A DNA stretch of 63,964 nucleotides, the filler included, from an uncultured Acidimicrobiia bacterium (GTDB taxonomy: Bacteria; Actinomycetota; Acidimicrobiia; Spongiisociales; JAOTWH01): NCBI GenBank assembly GCA_964347285.1. It is 11 parts of 11 records of this genome, joined end to end, with 100 filler letters (N's around TTAATTAATTAA, not from the genome) between each part and the next. Parts side by side here need not be neighbours in the genome. Positions count along the whole stretch, not along the records: positions 36,733 to 42,536 come from CAYFYE010000130.1; positions 42,637 to 48,422 come from CAYFYE010000131.1; positions 48,523 to 54,269 come from CAYFYE010000132.1; 8 more parts are not named here. One strand, 5' to 3'. Position numbers and translations under genes: made by a program. The notes under the pieces are model-generated. The model was not told the origin of the DNA. It did not search any database and saw nothing but the letters and a program-made list of their open reading frames with translations. Positions 40,618 to 50,599 of this stretch are shown here, one piece after another; the first letter of the stretch is position 1, and each line of letters opens with the position of its first letter.

Positions 40618-42201
40618 TCATCGCTCGCTACCCCAGATGGCATCGATGGCATCGTCGGCGAGTGCCTGGCCGGCCTCCTCGTACAGGTTGCGGGCGACGT
40701 CGACGCCGGCGTCGCGCAGCTCGTCGACCTGATCGGGATGGGTGGCGATGGCGGCGATCCGAGCCGCCGGGAGGTGCTCTTTGATCCGATGCACACCCGC
40801 CAGGTTCGCCTCATGACTGCTCATGGCGGCAACGACCAACTCGACCTCGGGGTGGAATCGGACGCGCTCCCAGAAGTCGCGGTCGAGGGCATCGCCCCGA
40901 ACGACCGAACGACCCTCCCGGCGGTGCTCCACCACCCGCTCCTCGCTCCGGTCGACACCGACGACGCTGCGGCCGCGCCGGGCGACCATCTCGTCGTAGA
41001 CGCCGGTGCCGACCCGTCCCATGCCGAAGATCAACACCCGGGCCTGCCCGAAGTCGATGATGGCGTCCTCGGGGAGCGGCGGGTGGCGCTCGAAGCGGGA
41101 CAGCCACTGCGCCCACCGTTCGTAGAGCCGGTAGCGCGCCGAGCTAGCCCACGACGCGACGACGAAAGAGCCGGCGACGGCGACGGCAACCGTCGACACC
41201 CAGGCCTGGTCGAGCAGACCGGCGGCGAGGGCCGCCGAGCCCACGATCAGCCCGAACTCGCTGTACGTCGACAGCGTGACCGAGGTGTGCAGGCTGGTCC
41301 GGGCCCGGAGCCGGAACCGGGAGAACAGCCAGAAGAACCCGGCGGATTTGGCGGGAACCAGGAGCAGTAGACCGATTCCGATCACCCAGGCAGCGGCAGG
41401 CGGGGTTCCCTCGAGGCCGACCGACAAGAAGAACCCGACGAGAAACAGGTCCTTGAAGGAGAGCAGGCGGTCGGCCAGCTCCCCGGCACGGGGATGCTGC
41501 GAGAGCATGAGACCCGCCATGAGCGCACCGAGGTCAGGCTTGAGGCCGACGGCGTCGAACGCAGCAGCACCGACCCCGATGGCGAGAGTGAAGCCAAGCA
41601 GGATGAGGATCTCACCGTGATCGCTCCGATCGAGGAGCCACCCGAACACCGGACGCAGGATGAAGAAGGCGGGCACGAGGGCTAGCGCCCACGCGGAAGG
41701 CCACTCGTCTCCGGTGGCGACGAGGAAGGCGACGGCGAAGGTGTCCTGGAGGATGAGGACGCCGATCGCCAACCGGCCGGCCAGCGATCCCGACTCGCTG
41801 TTCCGCTCCAGCGCCTGCACGGCGAACACGGTGCTCGAAAACGACAGGGCGAAGCCGACGATGACCGCCGCACCCAGGTCGAGGTCGCGGGCGAGCGGCA
41901 GGCCCAACGCCCCGCCTGCCAGCAGCAGCGCGGCAAAGGCCGCGGTAGCGACGATAGCGAATGCGCCGGCAGTGGCCCAGACCTCGGTGCGGGCAAGGGT
42001 GCGGAGACGGAGCTTGAGGCCGATCCCGAACAGGAGGAGGAGCACGCCGAAGTCGGAGATCGTCTCGATGGCCTCCGTTGATTCGTAACCGACAGCGTGA
42101 AGCACGAAGCCCGCCACCAGGTATCCGACCAGTGGCGGCAAACCCACAGCCCGGGCGGCGAACCCCATCCCGAAGGCGGTGATAAGCAGCGCGATGTCCA
42201 T
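40618..42201 (-). CDS. CPA2 cation:proton antiporter with TrkA-N domain (KefB/KefC-like)
   Basis: GLPPLVGYL.AG, LLLFGIGLKL, ALSFSST, GVLILQD, C-terminal GMGRVG. Confidence 0.92.
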   Translation of the reverse strand: MDIALLITAFGMGFAARAVGLPPLVGYLVAGFVLHAVGYESTEAIETISDFGVLLLLFGIGLKLRLRTLARTEVWATAGAFAIVATAAFAALLLAGGALGLPLARDLDLGAAVIVGFALSFSSTVFAVQALERNSESGSLAGRLAIGVLILQDTFAVAFLVATGDEWPSAWALALVPAFFILRPVFGWLLDRSDHGEILILLGFTLAIGVGAAAFDAVGLKPDLGALMAGLMLSQHPRAGELADRLLSFKDLFLVGFFLSVGLEGTPPAAAWVIGIGLLLLVPAKSAGFFWLFSRFRLRARTSLHTSVTLSTYSEFGLIVGSAALAAGLLDQAWVSTVAVAVAGSFVVASWASSARYRLYERWAQWLSRFERHPPLPEDAIIDFGQARVLIFGMGRVGTGVYDEMVARRGRSVVGVDRSEERVVEHRREGRSVVRGDALDRDFWERVRFHPEVELVVAAMSSHEANLAGVHRIKEHLPAARIAAIATHPDQVDELRDAGVDVARNLYEEAGQALADDAIDAIWGSER

Positions 42202-42944
42202 GGTCCGAGGATTATGGCGGCGGCCGTGCTGCTTCTTCGTTTTGGCGTAGCGCGGCGCACGATGATGCGCTCTTCGACGCCAATCCCGTGCGGTCTCGCG
42301 CAGGGAGGGGGTCAGCGCTGGCCGGGGGCGTAGGACTCGATCTCGGCGGCGAGCACCTCGTCGACGGTGAGCGGAGCCGGCTTGAGGCGGCGCTCGACGG
42401 ACCCCGGCGCCTGGTCGGCGTAGTGCGGTAAGGCGCGACGGACACCGCGACCCGGCCCCGAGCCTCGCAATCGGCCGCACATATCACCCACCGCCCGGAG
42501 CGATATCGAGCACCCCCACCCGAGAGATAGCCGGCANNNNNNNNNNNNNNNNNNNNNNNNNNNNNNNNNNNNNNNNNNNNTTAATTAATTAANNNNNNNN
42601 NNNNNNNNNNNNNNNNNNNNNNNNNNNNNNNNNNNNAGGCGCTATCGGCAATCGCGGTCCGCAGAGGTGCCGAGGACCGCAATCCGCCCCGCTAGGCCAG
42701 GCAGCCACTTGCCCGGTCGCTCGGGGCCCGATCGGGGCACAGTCGGGACCCCACCACGGACGCCCACCCCGGCCGATTGTGGGTCGTCAGCCCGCCGGTG
42801 GCGCCTCAGCAAGGTTCAACGCGGCCACCGCGAGGAACAGCCATCCCCGAAAGTGGATTAGCGCGTGCCCTCGAACCCGCCGTGACAACAACGGACCCAG
42901 CTGTCCGCCGCCCCGTCGTCATTGTCCCGTCCACGCCAAGCCGA

Positions 42945-43784
42945 CTATCCGACTGACCTCCAGCGACTCAGATCGATTTGCATGCACTCTTCGAGTTCAT
43001 CGAATTCATCTCCGTATTGCCGACTCAACCGCTGCTTCAGTCCCTCGTCGAGCGGCGGCAGCGGTTTCCCTCTTCCCAGAAGTTGGGGAATCCTGGTACG
43101 CATGACGAAGTCGACAAGCGGCTCCAGGTTCCATCTCCGCAGGCGCCGTCCGGTCTTCGTTACCAGTCCGTAAAGGGCTTGGAACTTCGGCAGGCTGCTG
43201 GGATTGACTTTGCCGCTGCCGGCCGCTGAAGGGAACTCATCCGCGGCGATGTCCAGGAAATCCGCCAGTGTTTCCCTGGTCTGAGCGACTTCGACAACGG
43301 CCTCTTCGAACAACAACGCCAAGATTTGGCTCCGATCGAAATAGCGCAGGTAGCGCTTGAGATGCTGACTGTAGAACCCTCTCTTGAGCGCGCCGGGTCG
43401 GTCAACGACGAATTCCTCGAACGAGCCCCGGTAGTTCCTTCTCTGGACATAGAAGCCATACTGCGAATACGCTCGGTCGACTGGATGCCTCAAGATGACC
43501 AACAGCTTGCTGTTGGGCACAGTGTCGAAGATCCGCTCCGGACATGTGTCGCATTCGAGATACTGCGGCGTGATTTCTCCGATCGCGCGATATCTAGCGG
43601 CATCCTCCGGCGTGGGAAACAGGGCCTCATACCACGCAAGACCTCGTTCGTAGTACTGATCGAAGAAGTTGATCTCGTCCCGCACGGTGGGCGTGTACAC
43701 ATGCGGGTGACTAGCCAGCAGTTGGTTCAGCCACGTCGTGCCGGCTCGCCGGGCCCCAATACCTATAAAGGTCGGCAACACCAT
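42945..43784 (-). CDS. sulfotransferase family protein
   Basis: PTFIGIGARRAGTTWL (5'-PSB loop), E.NFFD, GEITP.Y, ILRHPVDRAYSQY. Confidence 0.88.
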   Translation of the reverse strand: MVLPTFIGIGARRAGTTWLNQLLASHPHVYTPTVRDEINFFDQYYERGLAWYEALFPTPEDAARYRAIGEITPQYLECDTCPERIFDTVPNSKLLVILRHPVDRAYSQYGFYVQRRNYRGSFEEFVVDRPGALKRGFYSQHLKRYLRYFDRSQILALLFEEAVVEVAQTRETLADFLDIAADEFPSAAGSGKVNPSSLPKFQALYGLVTKTGRRLRRWNLEPLVDFVMRTRIPQLLGRGKPLPPLDEGLKQRLSRQYGDEFDELEECMQIDLSRWRSVG

Positions 43785-43981
43785 CCGGGCTTACCCCTCG
43801 CCGGGTATCACTGGCCCACCGAATCCACTGCCTGAACCCTCCATTCTCTTTCACCGACGAGATGGCCCGAAGCAGGTCGCAGGCGGCCGGCGCCTGCTGC
43901 CGACCGCAGCGAGTACTGTAGTTTCGGGGTCGGCCGTCGCCGACCGTTGGTCGCCGTCACTCTCCACTGAGGCCGTCGGCT

Positions 43982-44719
43982 TCAGGTGACCAGGTCGAGC
44001 CCGGTGATGCGATATCGGAAGAACTCTCCCTCGCCCCACCGGTCGGTCCCGTAGTGCCATCCCATCCGACCGGCATCGGGGATGGTGACTCCGGCGAAGG
44101 TCGCATGACTGGTGAACCCGCCCCCGAACGGGTGGAAACCCATCTCCCGGTGTCATCGGGGTCGCCCCAGCGATCGAATACGGCGGATTCGATGTGGCCG
44201 TCTTCCGGATCGAGCCGATAGCGGACCTCGATGGGGTGGTCTTCGATGTGGTAGCCGGCCCTGATGTGGGTGGCGTCGGTGGCGGTTCAATCGACATCGA
44301 ATCGGGGCAGGAGGGCCGTCGGCACCCAGACGGCTTCCGCGGCCGCCCGCTGGGCGCCGCTCCGTGAGACGTCCGGTCCGTCGGCGTGCATCACCCGGAC
44401 CACCCCGACCATCTTCCAGTCCATGCGACCGGATCCGTCGACGTAATGGTCGGATCCGGCGATGAGCGCGGCCACCCGGGCCGCCCACAGAAACCCGTGT
44501 TGCGGCGTCAGCGTCTCCCGGGCCCGAAACGGCAGCCATCGGCCGATCTTGATGTGGCCACCCATGCAAAGCCGTGCCGTGCGGGCCAGGGGTGTGCCGG
44601 GCTCGATGGCGGCGCCCGGGTAGCGCCGCACCGGATCGGGCAGCCCCTCCGGTTCGGCCTCGGTGAACCGACCGACCGCGCCCCGGAGGGAGCGACCGCT
44701 CGATCTCGGCGCGCTTCAT
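43982..44719 (-). pseudogene. DUF6544/DUF6920-like gene with frameshifts and internal stop
   Basis: LPDPVRRY...GFLWAAR...SDHYVDG.G.M...AEAVWVPTALLP; TGA at 44287-44289; then RWGDPD and VTIP...GW...FFRY.I in a shifted frame. Confidence 0.7.
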
Positions 44720-44982
44720 CCTTTCATCACCGTCCCTGTGCCCGCGCCGACGAGGACGCAACTGCCGAACATGCCGGCGAAATCAAGGGCGAAGCCGTCA
44801 TGTACGGGTTCAGATCACACTCTCCACGTCGTAAGGAGACGGCCGGGGGCTGGTCTTCGCCGGCCGGGGCGTTTCCCGACGCCGTCGAGGTGGGCGCCCA
44901 CCGGGTGGGGCGGCAAGGCCGGGCGGCCCGATCGGGCCGCCCAGCCTTCAGCCCCCGCCGCGGAGCCATGTCGGAACCGGCT

Positions 44983-46065
44983 TCAATCCCCCGTCCGTCG
45001 GCTCCCCTCGGAACCCGACGGGGCGGGCCACATCTTGCCGTCGGGGAAGAACGTGAAGAAGTCGGCGGGAAACGATGTGAACGCCGGCAGTTTGTCGAGG
45101 ATCTGGTCGGCGAGCGGTCCCGCTCGTCCGATTCCCAGGAAGGGATCGAACACCGTGCCCGACGCCGGGTCGACCAGGCCCTCAGGAGTCCATTTCAGCT
45201 CGACCACCGATTCGTCGAGTTGCCTGCTGAACACGGCCCAGCGCGCCGGGTCGTTGGAGTCGATCACCACGGCGATCTCCAGGCCGGCCACGACGTCGTT
45301 GACCACGCCGACCTCTCGCAGGGCGGGAATCCGGTAGGCGGCGGCTTCGGTTCCGAGGTCGACGACGACTGCCATCTGCTCGAGATAGAAGCCGGTCGCC
45401 CAGCCGGGAACGTCCAGTGCCATGGTCTCGGGATGAGCGGAGAGCCAGGCCTCCCACGTCGTCAGCGTCGAGGGAAGCAGCTCCAGCCGTTGCCCCTTGC
45501 GGGGGCCGAGGATGGCCTCACCCAGGGGCTGACTCCACACCGACCCGGTGTCGTGGTCCCACCACGTCATCGCGCTGCCCCACAGGTCGCCCTGATTGCC
45601 GAACACGAGCGTCGTCTCTTCGACTTGGCGGCGATGGACCATCGCCGTACCACACAGCGGTCACCACGAAACCAGGATCGGCGTACCTTCCAGCACGTCG
45701 ATCACCATCTCCCTCCGGTTGAGATGCGTGACCGGGTAGGCCTTGGCGTTCTTCGATCCGGCCACCCCGATGACCAGCGAATCCGGGGGCCAATCGATTT
45801 GGCCGGGCGACGTGAACACAGGCTCGTATACCGGCAGGATCTGATCGCGATCCAGGAGCCGGCGGTATCCGTCCGGCAGCGGCTCCCCCGCTTTCACGGG
45901 GTCGTACACCTCTCCGGGGTCGGGCAGCCCGGCGCTGGAAGCCGCGGGTTCCTCGCTCGAGGCGTCGCCCAGCAAGCGTGCTGCGGTCACGACGATCGCC
46001 ACCAGTGCGACGCCACCGATGAGCCACGCCGCCGCCACGGAGAAGGGCTTCCATCGCCGCTCCAT
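44983..46065 (-). CDS. DUF3179-domain selenoprotein (UxxC; UGA at 45661-45663)
   Basis: N-terminal TM segment; AKAYP...EMVID...PILVSW-U-PLCGTAM...D..T.S.WSQ..GEAI.GP..G..L; both track ORFs are in frame. Confidence 0.87.
45629..45647 (-). promoter_or_regulatory. candidate bacterial SECIS hairpin
   Basis: mRNA CGGCGAUG-GUC-CAUCGCCG, 8-bp stem starting 13 nt after the UGA. Confidence 0.65.
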
Positions 46066-46139
46066 ACGTCGGCTAACGACGGCTCCGGCGGTTGTGTTCC
46101 ACCCGTGGACGGGCGCGGCCTCCTGCCGGGACCGGGCGG

Positions 46140-47513
46140 CTAGGCCAGGGTCATGACACGGTCTGGCCGGAGCAGGAAAGGCGGCAGGTAGGCGGGAATG
46201 TTGGAGAACGGCAGCACGTCGGGGTGCAGGGCGATTCCCAGGGCGTCGTTCATGAACCGCCGGCGCGCCTCGATCCGCTGCCATGCGTCCGGGTAGCGGG
46301 CGGCAAACTCGTCCCGCAGCGACTGATCGGCGAGAGCGATGCCGTCCTCGATGTTGGTGGTGAAGTATTCGGTGCCGGTGGCCGGGATGATGTCCACCTG
46401 GAGAGCCATGCCCGACCGCAGCTCGATCGTCGACCCCGGGGCCACCGGCGAATTCACCCACTCGTCGAGGTGGATCTGGTGGCCGGGGTTCAAGAAGATC
46501 CCGAAGAAGGGGTCGCCCAGGCGGCGATCGACGATCTCTTGAAGCACCGCTCCGGTCTGGCCGACGCGCACCGCCCCGTACCACTCGGCGACGGCCTCGA
46601 AGTACGGACCCACCAGCCGTTCCACGTAGTCGCTGATGTCGCCCGGCAGCTCGGCGGCGTCCTCGACGACGAAGCCGGCCCGGCAGTTCAACGCTCCCCA
46701 GATGCCGAAGGCGACGGTGAAGCGGTCACCCCGCTGTATGCGCCGGTTCCCGGGGCTGAGCAGCCCGAGCGAGGCGCGGTCCCCGCTCGTCAACATCAAG
46801 TGGCACGACAGGGGCGTGCCGTCCCACTCCAGCAACCGTACCGCCTCGTCCTCGCGCATCCCGGGCCGGAGTCCGAACAGCAGCTGCCTCACGCCGTTGG
46901 AGGTCCGGCAGGCCGCGTATTCGAAGGCCGCCAGCTGCTCCACCTCGTTGATGACGCGAAGCCCATCGGCCGGACCGATGAGCAGATCGGTGGCGTTCTC
47001 GACGAGGCCGGCATCGCTGGTGACGCGGCGCAGCTCGTCCACGATGAATGCCGGGGCGTCGATCATCCCGGGGTCGGCGTACTGCTTCCAGCCGACGACG
47101 CCGATTCGGCTCCCTTCCCGAATCCCTTCGTCGGCCAGGATCTCGGCGAGCGACCGGGATCGATCGCGCGGCTGGCTCGGAAGGCTGAGGTCCTGGAACA
47201 TGTGCCGTCGCAGCGGCACCGGGGCCGCTCCCGCCATTCCGTAGCACTCGTTCCCGACCAGGATGGCCGGATCGTCGACCGGCCCCAGCACCAGCAATGC
47301 CTCTTCGAAGCGGGGGTCGAAGCCGGTGAGGTACGCCAGGTTGGCACTGTGTTCGCGATCGGCGTAGAGCACCAGCCCGTCGTAGCCTTGCTCTTCCACC
47401 CGGGCGCGCAGCCGCTGGAGGCGAGCCTGGTAGACGGTCGCCGGAATCTCGGGCATCTCCGTCGGCATGCCGAAATCCGGCAGTTCGACGTGGTCGAGGC
47501 GCGCCCTGGTCAT
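46140..47513 (-). CDS. M24 (Xaa-Pro aminopeptidase/creatinase-fold) family protein
   Basis: creatinase-N-like YADREH.ANL.YLTGFDPRFEE; C-terminal NPGHQIH, GMALQVDIIP, NIEDG; RBS aggag. Confidence 0.8.
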   Translation of the reverse strand: MTRARLDHVELPDFGMPTEMPEIPATVYQARLQRLRARVEEQGYDGLVLYADREHSANLAYLTGFDPRFEEALLVLGPVDDPAILVGNECYGMAGAAPVPLRRHMFQDLSLPSQPRDRSRSLAEILADEGIREGSRIGVVGWKQYADPGMIDAPAFIVDELRRVTSDAGLVENATDLLIGPADGLRVINEVEQLAAFEYAACRTSNGVRQLLFGLRPGMREDEAVRLLEWDGTPLSCHLMLTSGDRASLGLLSPGNRRIQRGDRFTVAFGIWGALNCRAGFVVEDAAELPGDISDYVERLVGPYFEAVAEWYGAVRVGQTGAVLQEIVDRRLGDPFFGIFLNPGHQIHLDEWVNSPVAPGSTIELRSGMALQVDIIPATGTEYFTTNIEDGIALADQSLRDEFAARYPDAWQRIEARRRFMNDALGIALHPDVLPFSNIPAYLPPFLLRPDRVMTLA

Positions 47514-47740
47514 TTCCACTCTCCTCGTCGGTCTTCGGGCGGGACCGGCAGTGCCTCCCGTGCTCCCGCTCTATCGCGGAGTTTCGTCCCTGCAACCACC
47601 TCCGCAGGCGGGTGGATCGTATCAATCCGGGGCCGAGCGCGTCGGTGGCCGACCCGTTTGACCTAACCGGGCCACCTTCATAATGTTCCTGCCTCGAGCC
47701 ACTTCCCGTGGTCTCTCAATCGTTCTTCTAGGAGGAACAA

Positions 47741-48422
47741 GTGAAACAACCGGTAAAGCTTCTGGTGCTCATCGCGGCGCTGGCGATGATCGCTGCGGCC
47801 TGTGGCGACACGACTGAAACCACGGCCGCCCCAGAAGCCGCCCCAGAAGCGGAAGGAACGGAAGCGCCGGCGGCGGGAGGCGAAGACCTCGTCGTCGGCG
47901 TGTCGTGGAACAACTACAACGAAGAGCGCTGGGCCAAGTCCGACGAGCCTGCCATTCAGGCGGCCCTCGATGCTGCCGGAGCGACCTACATCAGCACCGA
48001 TGCCGGTTCGTCCGCCGAGCAGCAGCTGGCCGACGTCGAGCAGCTGATCGCCCAGGGAGCGGATGCCCTCATCATCCTCGCTCAGGACGGCACGGCGATT
48101 CTGCCGGCTGTGGAGAGCGCGCTGGCTCAGGGCATTCCAGTCATCGCGTATGACCGGCTCATCGAGGACCCCGGCGCCTTCTACATCACCTTCGACAACG
48201 TCGAGGTGGGACGGATGCAGGCTCGGGTGATCTACGAGCTCGTACCCGAAGGCAACTATGTCTTCATCAAGGGCAACCAGGCCGATGCCAACGCCGACTT
48301 CCTGCGAGGCGGTCAGCAGGAGATCCTGCAGGACGCTATCGATGCCGGCGACATCGTCAACGTCGGCGAGTCCTACACGGACAACTGGGACCCGGCCATC
48401 GCCCAGACCAACATGGAGCAGT
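47741..48422 (+). CDS. sugar ABC transporter substrate-binding lipoprotein, XylF-like (3'-partial)
   Basis: lipobox IAAAC; EERW..DE, IPVIAYDRLI, YITFDNVEVGRMQA, GNYV.IKG...D.NA. Confidence 0.88.
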
Positions 48423-48522
48423 NNNNNNNNNNNNNNNNNNNNNNNNNNNNNNNNNNNNNNNNNNNNTTAATTAATTAANNNNNNNNNNNNNNNNNNNNNN
48501 NNNNNNNNNNNNNNNNNNNNNN

Positions 48523-48676
48523 GTCCGCTCTTCGCTCACCGCTCATCGCGGTTCGGGTGCGGGGGGGCGGCTCGGAGCGGTCGGATCGGCTCCCCTCGTA
48601 CGCCGCCTCGTCGCCCACCGAACGCTCGTCCGCTCTTCGCTCACCGCTCATCGCGGTTCGGGTGCGGGGGGGCGGC
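48523..48676. repeat. 49-bp direct repeat, 105-bp period, at contig end
   Basis: gtccgctcttcgctcaccgctcatcgcggttcgggtgcgggggggcggc at 48523-48571 and 48628-48676. Confidence 0.85.
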
Positions 48677-48677
48677 G

Positions 48678-49877
48678 CTACGTGGTCCGCAAGGCCTCGG
48701 TCGGGGACAGCCGGGCCGCCCGCATCGCCGGATAGAGCCCGGCGACGGCGCCGATGAGGAGGGCGGCCATCAGGCCACCGACCACCGCCACGGCCGGGAT
48801 CAGGACGTCCCAACCCTGTACCCGGGCGTAGGCGGCGGTGACCCCAGACCCCAATACGATGCCCCCCACCCCACCTACGCCAGACAGGAGCAACGCCTCG
48901 GAGAGGAACTGGGCCCCTACGTGGCGCTTGGTGGCCCCCAGTGCCCGGCGCAGACCGATCTCGGCCCTGCGCTCCAACACCGAGATCACCATCACGTTGG
49001 CGATCCCGACGCCGCCCACCAACAGGGCCACCCCGCCCAGCCCGAGGAAGAGCAGCGTGAGTGTGTCGTCGGCGGCCTCCCGCGCCTCGAGGGCGTCGGT
49101 GGGCCGCTCCACCTCGACCTCTTCCGGGTTCTCCGGGCTGGCGGTGGCGCCGAGCACCCCCATCACATCGTCCACGAATGCGGGATCGGTGCGAACGTAG
49201 ATGGTCGACGGCGGCTCATCGGAATCGAGGTAGGCGGCCGCCGCCTCCTCGCCGATCAGCACCGACCGGTCGAGGTCGGCGCTGAGGTCGAGTGGCTGGA
49301 GGATCCCGATCACGGCGAACCACTCGTCACCCAGCCACACGAGTGGTTGGGCGTCGAGGTCGCTGATCCCCAGCCGCTGGGCGGCAACCGAGCCCAGCAC
49401 CACGACCGGAAAGGCGCCGGTGCCCTCGTCCAGGAACTGCCCTTCGGCCAGATTCCCCTGGAGCGTCTCCGCCAGGTCGGGGTCGGCGCTCTTCACGGAG
49501 ATGCCTCCGCTCTGGGTCTCGGGGACCAGATCGGAGCGGTACACCTTGGCGTTGACGTCCCTCACCGCCGAGACCGCCTCCACGGGACCGATACGGCCGA
49601 TCATGGCGGCGGCCTCGTCGGGGAGCTCGCCCGAGCCGACGCCGATTCCCGTGCCCGCCCGGACGGTCAGCAGGTTGGTACCGAGGCGGTCGAGCTGAGC
49701 CAGCAGCTCCGACTTGGACGACTGCGACAGCCCCAGCACACCGACCACGGCTGCGATGCCGATCGTGATGCCCAGGGCCGACAGAGCGGCCCGAAGCCTG
49801 CGGCTGCGCAATCCGACGACGGCGGTCCGCATCAGGTCGCCGGCATGAATGCGGGAGGGGCGCAGTGGGGTCCCCAT
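48678..49877 (-). CDS. ABC transporter permease (MacB/FtsX family)
   Basis: RAALSALGITIGIAAVV, LGTNLL, GGVGIANVMVISVLERRAEIGLRRALGA, GLYPAMRAARLSP. Confidence 0.93.
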   Translation of the reverse strand: MGTPLRPSRIHAGDLMRTAVVGLRSRRLRAALSALGITIGIAAVVGVLGLSQSSKSELLAQLDRLGTNLLTVRAGTGIGVGSGELPDEAAAMIGRIGPVEAVSAVRDVNAKVYRSDLVPETQSGGISVKSADPDLAETLQGNLAEGQFLDEGTGAFPVVVLGSVAAQRLGISDLDAQPLVWLGDEWFAVIGILQPLDLSADLDRSVLIGEEAAAAYLDSDEPPSTIYVRTDPAFVDDVMGVLGATASPENPEEVEVERPTDALEAREAADDTLTLLFLGLGGVALLVGGVGIANVMVISVLERRAEIGLRRALGATKRHVGAQFLSEALLLSGVGGVGGIVLGSGVTAAYARVQGWDVLIPAVAVVGGLMAALLIGAVAGLYPAMRAARLSPTEALRTT

Positions 49878-50599
49878 CAGGCCGCCCGGGTGTCGTATTC
49901 GATGAGCCCGTCCCGGAGCCCGATCCGGCGCGGGAAGCCCTCGGCGACGTCGGGGTTGTGGGTGATCACCATCATCGTGATCCCCTCGGCATTGAGCTCC
50001 TCGAGTAGCGCAACGACGGAGGCGGAAGATTTCGTATCGAGATTGCCAGTGGGCTCGTCGGCCAACACGATGGCCGGTCGGCCGATGATGGCCCGGGCCA
50101 CCGCTACTCGTTGTCGCTCCCCTCCGGACAGCTCGTTGGCCGTGTGATCGAGGCGATGTCCGAGGCCGACCCGCTCCAGCGTGTTGGTGGCCAGGCGGCG
50201 CCGTTGCGCAGCAGGCATCCCGGTGTAGAGGAGACCGTCGGCCACGTTGTCGAGCGCAGTCTCTCCACCGAGCAGGTGGAACTGCTGGAACACGAAACCG
50301 ATGCGCCGGCTGCGCAACGCCGACAGCTCCCGGTCCGAAAGAACGGCGACCTCGTATCCGGTCACCCTCACATCGCCCCCGCTGGGCCGATCGAGGGTCC
50401 CGATGATGTGGAGCAAGGTCGACTTGCCGGAGCCGGACGGTCCGACCACCCCCACCAGCTCGCCCGTACGCACCTCGAGGTCGATGCCCCGCAGCGCCTC
50501 CACTGGAGGCGTTCCCGGGTAGCTCTTCCGAACCCCCTCGAGTGAGAGCACGACTTCCTCCGCCGGCGGGGTATCGGCGCTGTTTCCACCGCTGCTCAC
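49877..50599 (-). CDS. ABC transporter ATP-binding protein
   Basis: GPSGSGKST, LSGGERQRVAVARA, LADEPTGNLD, ITH. Confidence 0.95.
   Translation of the reverse strand: MSSGGNSADTPPAEEVVLSLEGVRKSYPGTPPVEALRGIDLEVRTGELVGVVGPSGSGKSTLLHIIGTLDRPSGGDVRVTGYEVAVLSDRELSALRSRRIGFVFQQFHLLGGETALDNVADGLLYTGMPAAQRRRLATNTLERVGLGHRLDHTANELSGGERQRVAVARAIIGRPAIVLADEPTGNLDTKSSASVVALLEELNAEGITMMVITHNPDVAEGFPRRIGLRDGLIEYDTRAA

Noticed and set aside
44287..44289. In-frame TGA in the DUF6544-like gene as a third selenocysteine
   Set aside because: The context is not a Cys redox motif and fits TGG-to-TGA better, and the gene has additional frameshifts, so it is a pseudogene.
48523..48676. 49-bp repeat pair as a CRISPR remnant
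   Set aside because: Only two units, longer than typical CRISPR repeats and spacers, with no cas genes or leader.
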